Part shown: piece by piece, positions 26,746 to 38,600 of the stretch
Layout: every line of letters begins with the position of its first letter
Numbering within the stretch: position 1 is the first letter of the stretch
NCBI RefSeq assembly: GCF_030028105.1
Contig: NC_092398.1
Span: 25,063,649-25,127,648 of the forward strand
DNA: 64,000 nucleotides
Reading direction: 5' to 3'
Source: Mobula birostris
Taxonomy: Eukaryota
The notes under the pieces: model-generated
The model's database searches: none
Told to the model about the DNA's origin: nothing
What the model saw: the letters and a program-made list of their open reading frames with translations, nothing else
Position numbers and translations under genes: made by a program

Positions 26746-28585
26746 AGTAAAAAGACATCAATCCTATATCCTTACATAAGGCATAGGAGCAGAAATAGGC
26801 CATTCAGCCCATCAAGTGCTCTGTCATTCTATCATGGCTGATTTATTATCCTTCTCAGCCCCATTCTCCTGCCTTCTCCCTGTAAACTCTGAAACTCTTA
26901 CCAATGAAGAACCTACCAACCTCAACTTTAAATACACCCATTGACTTGGCCTCCACAGCCGTATGTGGCAGTGAATTCCACAGATTTACCACCATCTAGC
27001 TGAAGAAATTCCTCCTCATCTCTGTTCTAAAGGGATATCCTTGTATTCTGAAGCTGTCCCCTCTGGTCCTAGACTCCCCCATTATACGTAGAAACGTAGA
27101 AAACCTACAGCACAATACAGGCCCTTCAGCCCACAAAGCTGTGCTGAACCTGAGAAATTACCTAGGGTTCATTATAGGAAACATTCTCTCCACATCCACT
27201 CTATCGAGGCCTTTCATTATTCAATAGGTTTCAATTCAACGTTTCCACTGTGTACTTTCACTCCTATGCCCATCAAATTCCATCACCACAACCCAAATTT
27301 CCTTGGGAACTGAGGAATTCAGTAACCAATTAATATAGTATGGTGTTTAGTTATTAGGTAATAATATTAAAACAGTTATGGAAGGGTATAAGCAGTCATG
27401 ACTTTGGGACAAGAGGGTCTTAGTCCATGAGGCTGACTGTTTATTTCCCTACACAGATGATGCCGAACTTGCTGAGTTCCTGCAGCATTTTGCGTGTTGC
27501 TCTGTATTTCCTGCATCAGCAGAATCTAAAAATGCGGAATTCTGCAGATGCTGGAAATCCAAAACAACACATGCAAGTCCTGAAGCAGCATTCATAGAGG
27601 GGTTGAATGAACTAGTCCTGGTGAAGGGTCCCGGCCTGAAATGTTGACTGTTTCTTCATTTCCAGAGGTGCTGCCTGACCTGCTGAGTTCCTCCAGCATT
27701 TTGTGTGTGTTACTCTCGCAGAATCTTTTGTGTTTACGATCTCAGCTGGTGAAAGTCCCATTCGTATTTCTGACTAACCAACATCAAACGATGTGAAGCA
27801 TCCGGGCGTAACGGTTACAGCGTCAGTGATCTGAAGATCGGGGTTTATTTCCTGTCACAGTCTATATGGAGTTCTCCCCGTGGGTCTCTTCCCATTTTCT
27901 CCCATGTTCCAAAGATGTACAAGTTAGGGTTAGTGAGTTATGGGCACGGTATATCGGTGCCAGAAGCATAGTGACACTTGAGGGCTTCCCACAGCACAAT
28001 CCTCACTTATTTAATTCCACGCAAAAACGATGTATTTCTCTGTATGTTTCAATATACATTGATCTTTATTTGCACCTCTTTCACCTCAGACAGTTGAGGA
28101 AGTTTGGAATGGGTCCACAAATCCTAAGAACCTTCTACAGGGGCACAATTGAGAGCATCTTGACTGGCCGCATCACTGCCAGGTATGGGAACTGTACTTC
28201 CCTCAGTCGCAGGGTTCTGCGGAGAGTGGTGCGGACAGCCCAGCACATCTGTAGTTGTGAACTTCCCATGATTCAGGACATTTGAAAAGATAGGTGCTTA
28301 AAAAGGGCCCGGAGCATCGCTAGGGACCCGAGTCACCCAAACTGCAAACTGTTCCAGCTGCTGTCATCCGGGAAATGGCACCACAGCATAAAAGCCAGGA
28401 CCAACAGACTGCAGGCCAGCTTCTTCCACCAGGCCATCAGACTGATGTACCCATGCTGATTTGAGTATTTTCTATGTTATATTGACTATTCTACTTATTA
28501 TAATTTATTGTAAATTACTATGATTACACATAGCACATTTAGAGAGAAACGCAATGTAAGGATTTTTACTCATGTATATGTAGGA

Positions 28586-29417
28586 TGTTACGTACCCCGT
28601 AACTGGGTTGCCAAACCAGCAGAAATGGATCACTCAATTGGAGTCTGGATTACTAGAACTAAGAAAGTTTTATTAAAGAAACAAGCAACACAGTACTCTA
28701 ATCAAAAGGATAATGAATGCAACAGTTCAGCAATGATAAACACACATGTACACAGAATTAAGATAACAGGATCAATGAAGCTCTATCGTTGTCTAGGGGT
28801 AAATGACCAGTTTCAAAGTGACGCAAAGTTCAGTTCAGTTCGCAGTAATCGCTGCCGTGGCGATGGACAGTGGGGGGGGGGGAGGAGAGAGAGAGCAAAA
28901 ACGAATGAATATTCAAGGCTTCCACACACAGGCCTTCGCAGTCAGCTTTCGGGCGAGTCCTTTGTGATGTCATCTGAGGTCACCGACCGTGACCCCTCCG
29001 TTTCCAGATATGATCGTTTCCCTGCGTTGAACCTGGCACCCAGGCAAGAGTGGACACACACCAGATTCCCGCCGATTGTGCCTTTCCACCCTGTGCGTTT
29101 ATGGCCCGGTATTTCCCACCGACTTGTGAGAGGCGCACCGCTTCCAGGGTCTCATTACCTCAGGTGTCGTGTGTGTCCTGCCTTAGCGAACCTGTCCCTT
29201 TTTATCCCCCTGCTGGGGTATTGCCTGTCCATCACTTCAAACAGTTCAGGGTTCAAAGGGCGAGCCGCTCTTGACAGCTCTCCTTCCCCTTCATTACACA
29301 TCTCCAAATGCTGCTCCATTGTTTTTCTTATCTCTCTCTCTCCTGAAGACAGGTGGCAGACCAACTGCTGATCACACAGGACAGCGAACATCTTAATCTA
29401 TGTGTATTCCTGTCACA
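28586..29417. mobile_element. Solo LTR with 4-bp TSD
   Basis: Begins TGTTAC, ends GTCACA; agga duplicated at 28582-28585 and 29418-29421; interrupts a Rex-type 3' tail. Confidence 0.75.
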
Positions 29418-29639
29418 AGGACAAGACAAGACAAGCAAGATGTAAGAAATAAAGTCAATTCAATTCAACATTTCAGTGTTATGTATATATATATATGGGT
29501 GTGTGTACTAGTTATATGTAAAAGTCCGTGCATGGCATATGTCATCACGCCATCACATCATATACACGCATCTTGCTTCAAGTAAAAAATGAAGTTCAAC
29601 TTGGATTCCCCGTTCCCCTGCTCTCCTTTCAGTTCACTT

Positions 29640-31270
29640 TTATTTTTGGAGTTGCAAAATTGAATTGAAGGAGTTGTCTGCGCATTGTCAGTTTGGTAAC
29701 GGGCTTAATAAAGCACTGAGAGATAATTAACTCATGAAAATTTACAAGACAGCATTCAAAACCGGCCCCTATCTGAAACACACATTACATTTAGAAGAGC
29801 AATTGTAATAGCTGTGTCAATGGAAACAGCAGACAGAGCGCAACTGAATTGCAGTCAGTTGCAAACGAGTATGAACAAAACTGCAATTATGAAACAGAAA
29901 CTGGCCTGGCCAAACAAATTGTGTTACCATTGTGGCAGAGGTTCACATACACCAGACGAATGCAGTTTTAAAGGTGAAACTTGCAGAAAATGTAACAAAG
30001 TACGACATACAAAGAGCATATCAGGCAGATGAAAACAAATGGACTGCATAGGGAAGAGAAAAAGATAAAGTTGTAGTTTCAAAGGAGCACTAATCTGCAT
30101 GTTGTTGATGAAAAATCTGATTATGATGAGTGACACTGGATTGCATAGCCTTTAGATTTACTATGTAAAAACTGGTGAGAGAGAAACAATGACTTAGACC
30201 AAAAGTGAACGGCAAATTAATTAAAATAGAATTGGACACTGGCACGACTGTTTCAGTCATTCCACAAAATGAGTTTATTAATATTATGATTATGATTATG
30301 AGGACACGCAGCCCCCTTTTATTGTCATTTAGTAATGCATGCATTAAGAAATGATGAAGTGTTTTTCCAGAATGATATCATGAAAACACATGACAAACCG
30401 ACTTAAAAACTAAGAAAAACCACATAATTATAACATATAGTTACAACAGTTCAAAGCAATACCGTAATTTGATAAGAACAGACCATGGCACAGTAAAGGT
30501 CTCAAAGTCTCTCGAAAGTCCCATCATCTCAAGCAGATGGTAAACTCCAGCGCTGCCAACTTGCCGATGCAGCATCCTGGAAGCATCCGACCACAGTCAA
30601 CTCCAAATCCGTCCGAAAAACTCCGACCCTCCGACCACCTCCCGACACCCAGCACCATCTCTGCCGAGGGCTACGACCCCGGCCCCGGCAACAGGCCATG
30701 CGCAAAGACGAGGATTTGGGGCCTTCGTCTCCGGAGATTCTCGATTGCACAGTAGCAATGGCAGCGAAGCAGGCATTTCAGAAGTTACTCCAGATGTTCC
30801 TCTGCGCTTCTCAAGGTTGTCTCCATCAAATCCGGATTGTGCACGGCACCCCTAGTTACACATATCGATATCATTCGGAACGGCAGCACGCGCTGCGTTG
30901 CGCCGCCATCTTCTCCTCCCTCCTTTGGCCAGCTTTTCAAAGATACTAAACTGAAGGCTGTAGCTATCCGGGTTAGAACCCAAACTGAAGTTTGTAGTCC
31001 AGGTAAGAACCTAAGCTGGAAAAAAGATAACTCCTGTGGAAATGACATTTGTAACAGTGAAATACAATAACCATCAAGCCACACTGGGCTCGTATGTAGT
31101 AAAAGCAGGAGGACCATGATTGACTGAGACAACTCTATTGGAGATCCATCCACCATTGGCATGCCACCACCCCTGCAGTAGAGTCATCTGAAAGCGAACT
31201 GAGAGGGACACTGCAGTGCTCAAGGATGGTATTGGAAACATATCAAGGGTAAAATAGTGTGAACTGAGAC
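29640..31270 (+). mobile_element. Gypsy-type LTR retrotransposon internal relic (gag knuckle plus protease), split by an insertion
   Basis: CYHCGRGSHTPDEC CCHC knuckle followed by CRKCNKVRH; protease motif KIELDTG near 30225-30245; continues FKDTKL at ~30935-31270. Confidence 0.8.
30283..30923 (-). mobile_element. Copy C of the ~630-bp family
   Basis: (ATAATC)n tail; splits the Gypsy protease relic. Confidence 0.8.
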
Positions 31271-34200
31271 TGCATCCTCATTGGCCACAGGGGCCGTACC
31301 AGATGGTGGGAAATGTCATCCCTTTGTTCGAGAATGGGAATAGGAAAAACCCTGGGAATTTATTTCAGTAGTGGGAGAATTATTGGAGATTTCAGAGAGA
31401 AGATTTATGAGCATTTGGAGAAGCAGGGTCTGACTAAGTACATTCAGCATACGGAGTGATTCATTTCGGAAGGTCGAATTTGAAGGCAGAATACAGGGAT
31501 AATTGCAGGATTCTTCGCAGTGTGGAGTGACAGAGGAATCTTGGTGTCCACAACCATTGATCCTCAAAGTTACTGAGGAAGTTGATAGGGTGGTTGGCCG
31601 ACATTAGTCAGGGGCTTGAGTTCAATTGAGCCGTGATGTAATGTTTCAGCTCCAGAGAAACTTCACTTGGAATATTGTGCTCTCTTCTCTTTGCCTCATT
31701 GGAGAAAGGAAGTGAAAGTTTTTTTTTAGAGAGGGTGCAGAGGAGATTCAGGAAGCTGCCTGTATTAGACAGCATGTCTTATGAGGATAAACTGAGTTTG
31801 CTAGGGCTTTTCTCTTTGCAGTGAAGGAGGATAAGAGGTGGCTTAATAGAATTGTACAAGATGATAAGAGAGATTGATCGAGTGGACAGCCAGCATCTTT
31901 TTCCCAGGACAAAGTGGCTAATACGAAGGGGCATAATTTTAAGGTGATTGGAGGAAAGTATAGGGGGGATGTCAGGGGTAAAATGGTGGGCACATGGTCG
32001 TGGTAGAGGCAGATACATTAGGGACATTTAAGAGACTCTAAGATAGGCACGTTGAGAAAAAATGGAGGGCTATGTGAGAGGGGAGGGTTAGATTGATCGT
32101 AGAGTAGTTTAAAAAGTTGGCACAACATTGTGGGCCAAAGGGCCTGTACTGCGTTGGAATGTTCTACTTTCTATGTTCCCAGAGCACCTGTTCAGTCAGA
32201 GTGAGATGGCGTAAAGTACACCCTCAACGACTCCAGAGGGCAGGTTTGAGCACCCTGGTGCTACGAGGGAGCGGTTCTAATCAGCGTGCAGCCCTGTGCA
32301 GGGGAACAGCTTCACAAGTGACATTAAAGACACTTGTCCATCTGCGAGGACAAAGGTGTTGACCTTCCTTCCCCCTGAATGACTGGATGCACCCAATGTG
32401 TGACTGCTGGAAACGTGAGCTCACGGTACTGGTAATTCTATCAGCACTGGCTGTGAGGTCCCAATGACACACACAAGTGGGTTTCCCTGTCCAGGGAGTT
32501 ACATAAACCATTCATTATTTATTTTCTATATTATTATTTCTGTACTCTATTTGAACGTTTTATTTCTGTATTAAAGTTCAAAGTAAATTTATTATCAGAG
32601 TACATACATGTCACCATTTACAGTAGAACAAAAAAATTATTTATTTACAGTACTGTGCAGAAGTATTGGGCTTCCTAGATTTTTTAACATACATTTTGTT
32701 TTAGATGTTTACCTTTTGTCTTCTGCTTTAGTGTGTCAGTAGAAAAGAGCAAATTTTAGATTTCCCAACATTCATTTTCCAAAACGTTACATGTTACAGA
32801 GAAATGCTTGCATTTCATTAAAGAAAGTAACATGTTAAGTATCAGAAAGTTTCAAATAAAAACTTGATTACTTTGTCAGCATCTATCCCAGTGTAAGGTT
32901 GAACAAAGATAGCAGGTGCTAATGATCAATGATGTAATGAGCTGAATAAACTAAACTGATTATCTGAAACAGAAATGGGTGTGGAAGGAATCAAAAGGAC
33001 AACCAAACTAAAAGGTGAAGGTGTGGCAGATCTGTCATTTTAACCTTCAAATCATCAATTCTTCCACCGCGGCAAGAGTGAAGATAGCAACGAGAGGTGG
33101 TCCAGTGATGGGGTGAATGAAATTGAGTGAAGTTGTCCCCTCTGGTTCAGGGACCAGATGGTCAAGGGGTAACAATGGGTCCTGAACCTGGAGGCTGCTG
33201 CACCTTCTTCCCGATGGCAGCAGTGAGACAAGAGCTTGTCCTGGGGAGTGGGGGTCCCTGATGATGGATGCTGCTTTCCTGCAACAGCGCGCTGGGTGGA
33301 TGTGCTTGGTGAATATATAAATTACATACGGTACCGTGCAAAGGACTTGGGCACATATATATAACTAGGATGCACTTTTTACACGGTACTGCATTTTTGC
33401 ACAGACTGCACAGTACTGCTTTTGTCAACGTGGAGCGGAGAGTGAGTTTGTAAGTCTGGCGGGAGCAAAGAATATTGGGAATGGTAAGGGTGGAGCTCCG
33501 CGGGAGGTGTGTGGGACAGGTGGCAGAGAAGGAGTGCCGGGGAGGGGGTCGGCACGGTATCATTTGTTTGGTTTATTGATCATTACAGAATATCTCTCTG
33601 GTGCTTCCTTCTCCCTTCCAATTCTACACTGCCATCATAGGGAGAAACTCACATCATCCACCCATCACACACTGTCAGAATCTTATCACAGTATATAAAA
33701 ACTACAGTGAACTGTCAGGTCAGGAGAACTATGGGACAGTGTGGAGGGAGCTTCACTCTGTGTCTGACTCCGGGAGTGTGTGATGGGACGGTGTGGAGGG
33801 AGCTTCATTCTGCGTCTGACCCCGGGAGTGTGTGATGGGACAGTGTGGAGGGAGCTTCACTCTGCGTCTGACCCCGGGAATGTGTACGATGGGACAGTGT
33901 GTGAAAACTAATAACAATAATAAATAAATATCAAGAACATGAGTTGAAGAGTCCTTGAAAGTGAGCCCATAGGTTGTGGGAACATTTCAGTGATGGGGAG
34001 ATTGAAGTTATCCACACTGGTTCAGGAGCCTGATGGTTGAGGGGTAATTACCATCCCTGAATCTGGTGGTATGAGTCCTGAGGCTCCTGTATCTTCTTCC
34101 TGATGGCAGCAGTGAGAAGAGAGTATGGCCTTAGTGGCTATAATTGTTAAATGCTGCTGTTTTTTCGTTGCATGTCACACCCTGACCAACACACCACAGC

Positions 34201-34584
34201 ATCCAGTCCATCTCCTCTCGCTGTCTCCTGGAGCCTGAGGTCCCACACTAACAGGTTCAGGAACAGTTATTACCCCTCAACATCAGGCTCCTGAACCAGC
34301 GTGGATAACTTCACCCACCCCAACTCTGAACTGATTCCACAACGAATCGACTCACTTTCAAGGACTCTACAACTCATGTTCTCAGAATTATTTGTTTGTT
34401 TATTTATTATTTTGAAATTTGACTAAGATTAACAGAGTGAAGCTCCCTCCACACCATCCCATCACACACTCCCAGGGTCAGACACAGAGTGAAGCTCCCT
34501 CCACACCGAACCATCACACACTCCCGGGCTCTGACTGCATGAATTTTATACATCTTCATTTCAAACTGGTGTTTAACTGATGAC

Positions 34585-34706
34585 CCGTGCTCACTTTAGA
34601 TTTTATTTTACTTGGACAATATAAAAACAGTTTCTATTTTGCATTTTCTTTTCACATCATTAATTCTCACACTCCCAGGTGCAAGTGACAGTGTTCAGAA
34701 ACTTCC
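34585..34706 (-). other. Candidate terminal exon / 3' UTR of the alpha-chain gene with AATAAA
   Basis: Long polypyrimidine tract tcttttcctttttcttttacattttctgcag|G at 34707/34706; AATAAA on the minus strand at 34607-34602. The 3' end is approximate. Confidence 0.6.
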
Positions 34707-34993
34707 CTGCAGAAAATGTAAAAGAAAAAGGAAAAGACAGGTTAGACACAGAGTGACTGATAGATGTGAGCAAGGCAAAGTTTTTCACTGTACTTCGAGA
34801 CGTGATAACGATGAACCAACTTTCCTTGCTGGTTACAGGTCTGTGGGACTGTCAGACAAGACTCAGACTGGAAGGGTGACTTGCTGACTGTGGTAAGACT
34901 GACAACAGTGCGAAGTCTGACCAATCACTTCAGAAAACGTCAGCGGCACTCACCTTCCCCTGTGTTGTTTCTACCTGTCAGGAGGTTACTTAC

Positions 34994-35024
34994 TGCAGAA
35001 TCTCCCCGGGCAAACTCCTCCCCG
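34994..35024 (-). other. Candidate 31-nt 3' exon of the alpha-chain gene
   Basis: Acceptor gtgttctcttgcag|G at 35025/35024 and consensus donor CA|gtaagt at 34994/34993, in non-repetitive sequence. A weaker alternative acceptor lies at 35078/35077. Confidence 0.5.
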
Positions 35025-35541
35025 CCTGCAAGAGAACACACCGAAGGTGAAACTCCTGATTCACAAACGTTCGGAAACTTCAGGGAAATAGGGGGATGAG
35101 AAGATGGATCCGTGGTGGAGCCAAAACAAGTGTCAGGGGATGTCAGGTGGTTGTTTTTACTGAGGTGTAGATGAGGATGTTTACACAGAGGCAGGAGATT
35201 AGGGCTGAGAGGAAAAATGGATTGGCCATATTGAAATGGTGGAGCAGACTGGATGGGCCAAATGGCCTCATTTTCCTCCTTTGTCTTATGGATGCATGGA
35301 AGTCGCTGTCAGGGGTGTTGGTAGATACATTAGGGGAATTTATGGAACTCTCAGACAGGCAAATGGATAATGGAAAAAATGGAGGGCAATATGGGAGGGA
35401 AGGGTTAAATCAAAGTTGGAGTGGGTTAAAGGGTCAGTAAACATCTTGGGCCGAAAGGCCTGTACTCTGCTGTAATGGTCGATATTCTGTTTGGGGGACG
35501 AGGGGGTGGATCCGTCGCAGAGATGAATGAGGTCCTCACCT

Positions 35542-35651
35542 TTAGTGCATCGCTCTGCCCAGGTACAGTGTTACCAGCGACCCGATAACTCCCACTGTGA
35601 CTCTGACAGCACAGACAATAATCCCGGATGTGGGCACAGGAGGAGGCAGAT
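35542..35651 (-). CDS. Exon: connecting peptide/transmembrane/short cytoplasmic tail of class II-type alpha chain
   Basis: Acceptor tttaccccacag|AT at 35652/35651. Encodes (D)LPPPVPTSGIIVCAVRVTVGVIGSLVTLYLGRAMH*, aligning to class II alpha TM VCALGLTVGLVG. TAA at 35544-35542 is followed 2 nt later by donor AG|gtgagg. This frame is absent from the ORF track. Confidence 0.85.
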
Positions 35652-38600
35652 CTGTGGGGTAAAGTCAAGACGGCAGACTGAGTCCAAATTCGGCACGTCC
35701 CTGAGGACTCTGACCAGCTTTTTTTTTAGATGTACCCCGGATAGCATCCTATCCGGATCACAACACGTCACGGAACCAATATCCTCTCCATGGACTCTGT
35801 CTACACTTCCCGCTGCCTCAGTAAAGCAGCCTGTATTATCAAAAACCCCTCCCACCCTGGGCATTCTCTCTTCTCCTCTCCCCCTTCGGGCAGAAGGTAC
35901 AAAGGCCTGAAATCACATCCCACCGGGCCCAAGGACAGATTCTACCCGCTTGAAGGGAACCCTTGCGTGTTAAAGCTCCCGATGTTTCTCAAACTTCATT
36001 TGTTAACCTGCACTGCACTTTCTCTGCAACTGTTTAAACTATATTCTTTAAAAAATTTACCTTTTTTGAGATATAGCCTTGTAGCAGGCCCTTCCAGTAC
36101 TGGATGCTGCTACTGAAGATGGGCGACAGCTTACTGGTGGTACATAAAACAAGAAGCACAACTAAATACTTTATTAATAAGAACTTTTCTGCGGAAAATC
36201 ATGGTAAACAGTCGCCGCAAACCGTGAAGGGGCATGCAGGTGTGATGCAAAGTCGGAGCGAGGTCTAGGTCGGGTAAAGGCTAAAATGTGGGTCCAGGCT
36301 CAGAGCGTATAGGCGTGACAGGGCCTGGGTCCTGGAGAGGGGAAACGCCCCGGTGTTTGGACAATATGAATGCCAGGCCTGATGGATTGAAAATGCAGGG
36401 TGTCGGCACCGGAGGTGAGGGTCGGGCCGGTTCTGCTCACCACCCCGCTATGCTCACTCTGCTCTCTGCTGAGGCCGAGGCTGTGGGCCTACTCCAGGCT
36501 TCATGTCTGTGAGCTCCACTGCACCGTCAACTGAGGCTCTGTGTCTTTCCTCCTAAATGCTGCTGCTTGCTTTTAACGTTTGCACGATTTGTGTGCCCTT
36601 TTTTTTCTTTCATTGGGTGTCAATTAGCGTTTTGTTAATGAGTTCTTCTGGGTTTCTTGTTTTGTGGCTGCCTGTAAGGAGATGAATCTCAAGGTTGTAT
36701 AATGTATACATATTTTGACAACAAATGCATTTTGAACTTTGAACTTTGAACGAGCCCATGCCACCCAATCACACCAATGTGATCAATTCAACTACTAACT
36801 CAGCATCCATGTGACCAATTAGCCTACTGATCTATACATCTTTGGGATGTGGGAGAAACTGTTGTGTCTAATATTTCAAACATATTTGAGTAAACTCATA
36901 TATATATTGGTTGATGCAGCATTCTTGTTTGTTTAAATAATTCGTTACGAGTTATATGTACAAATACGTGAATTTCAGGCGAATGTGTGATACGTGCACA
37001 CCTCACTTAAAGTAAACACTAAGTTAGATCAGCATTTTGGACTCCCAAGACTTCCATTGAATTAGTTTAATGTTTTGAAGTTACAAAAAGTAGCAGAAAA
37101 CAGAGCCCTTGACGGAAACCCACAAGGTCATGGGGAGAACGTACAAACTCCTTACAGACAGGTGCTGTAAAGCGTTTACGCCAACCACTTCTGAGCCACT
37201 GAATTTCTGCATTCTGTCCTTTTTTCCTTTTTACTGACGTGATGTACTTATGCAAGGAATATACAGCCTGGATGGTAAACGAAAGCTGTTCAGTGTATCC
37301 TGGTACAATGAATCAACGTCATAGTGAAAGCCCACCCCAGTCTGTCCCTGTCACAGTCTGCACTGACAACGACTGGACCCAGGTGCGGAGGAATGGCAGA
37401 CTCCCATGTAGGGACGGAAACGAGAACTTGTGAACAGGAATGCCAACAGAACAAGTGACTCCAACAAGCGGCACAGTGTGACGAAACATTCTCAGAGCAA
37501 GGGCCCCAGCATAAGTGTTGCTATTTATGGGGGGTCCCGGGGTGTGTGTCGGTACTTGGGGGGATCCCGGGGAGTGTGTCAGTATTTACAGGGGTCCCGG
37601 GGAGTGTGTCAGTATTTACAGGGGGTCCCGAGGAGTGTGTCAGTATTTACAGGGGTCCCGGGGAGTGTGTCAGTATTTACAGGGGTCCCGGGGAGTGTGT
37701 CAGTATTTACAGGGGGTCCAGAGGAGTGTGTCAGTATTTACAGGGGGTCCCGGGGAGTGTGTCTGTATTTACAGGGGGTATCGGGGAGTGTGTCAGTATT
37801 TACAGGGGGACATGGGGAGTGTGTCAGTATTTACAGGGGGTCCCAGGGAGTGTGTCTGTATTTACAGGGGGTCCTGGGGAGTGTGTCAGTATTTACAGGG
37901 GGTCCCGGGGAGTGTGTCTGTAGGGGTCCCGGGAAGTGTGTCGGTATTTACATGGGGTCCCAGGGAGTGTGTCAGTATTTACAGGGGTCCCGGGGAGTGC
38001 GTCAGTATTTACAGGGGGTCCCGAGGAGTGTGTCAGTATTTACAGGGGGTCCAGAGGAGTGTGTCAGTATTTACAGGGGGTCCCGAGGAGTGTGTCAGTA
38101 TTTACAAGGGGTCCCGGGGAGTGTGTCTGTATTTACAGGGGGTATCGGGGAGTGTGTCAGTATTTACAGGGGGTCCTGGGGAGCGCGTCAGTATTTACAA
38201 GGGGTCCCGGGGAGTGTGTCAGTATTTACAGGGAGTCCCGTGGAGTGTGTCATACTTACAGGGGGTCCCGAGGAGTGTGTCAATATTTACAGGGGGTCCC
38301 GGGGAGTGTGTCAATATTTACAGGGGGTCCCGGGGAGTGTGTCAGTATTTACAGGGGGTCCCAGGAAGTGTGTTTGTATTTGTAGGGGGTCCCGAGGAGT
38401 GTGTCAGTATTTACGGGGTGTCCTGGGGAGAGTGTTGGTATTTATAGGGGTTCCTGAGGAGTGTGTCAGTAGTTCCAGGATCTTTGAAGTTGTATCAGGA
38501 TTTCAGGGGTCTCAGGAATGTTGATAAAATCTAGCGGACCGTAAGGGTGTCAAGATTGAGAGGCCTCGATGTTTACAGCTTTGCTCCATAACAGAAACCT

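Noticed and set aside
28520-29371. 283-aa ORF
   Set aside because: Lies across a TSD-flanked solo LTR; no recognisable domain.
32387-32467. Signal-peptide-like ORF MHPMCDCWKRELTVLVILSALAVRSQ* (plus strand) as a beta-chain leader
   Set aside because: In-frame TGA before any donor, and no downstream beta1/beta2 exons.
37430-38524. 364-aa and overlapping long ORFs
   Set aside because: Translations of a 30-31-nt minisatellite, open in several frames; no protein signal.
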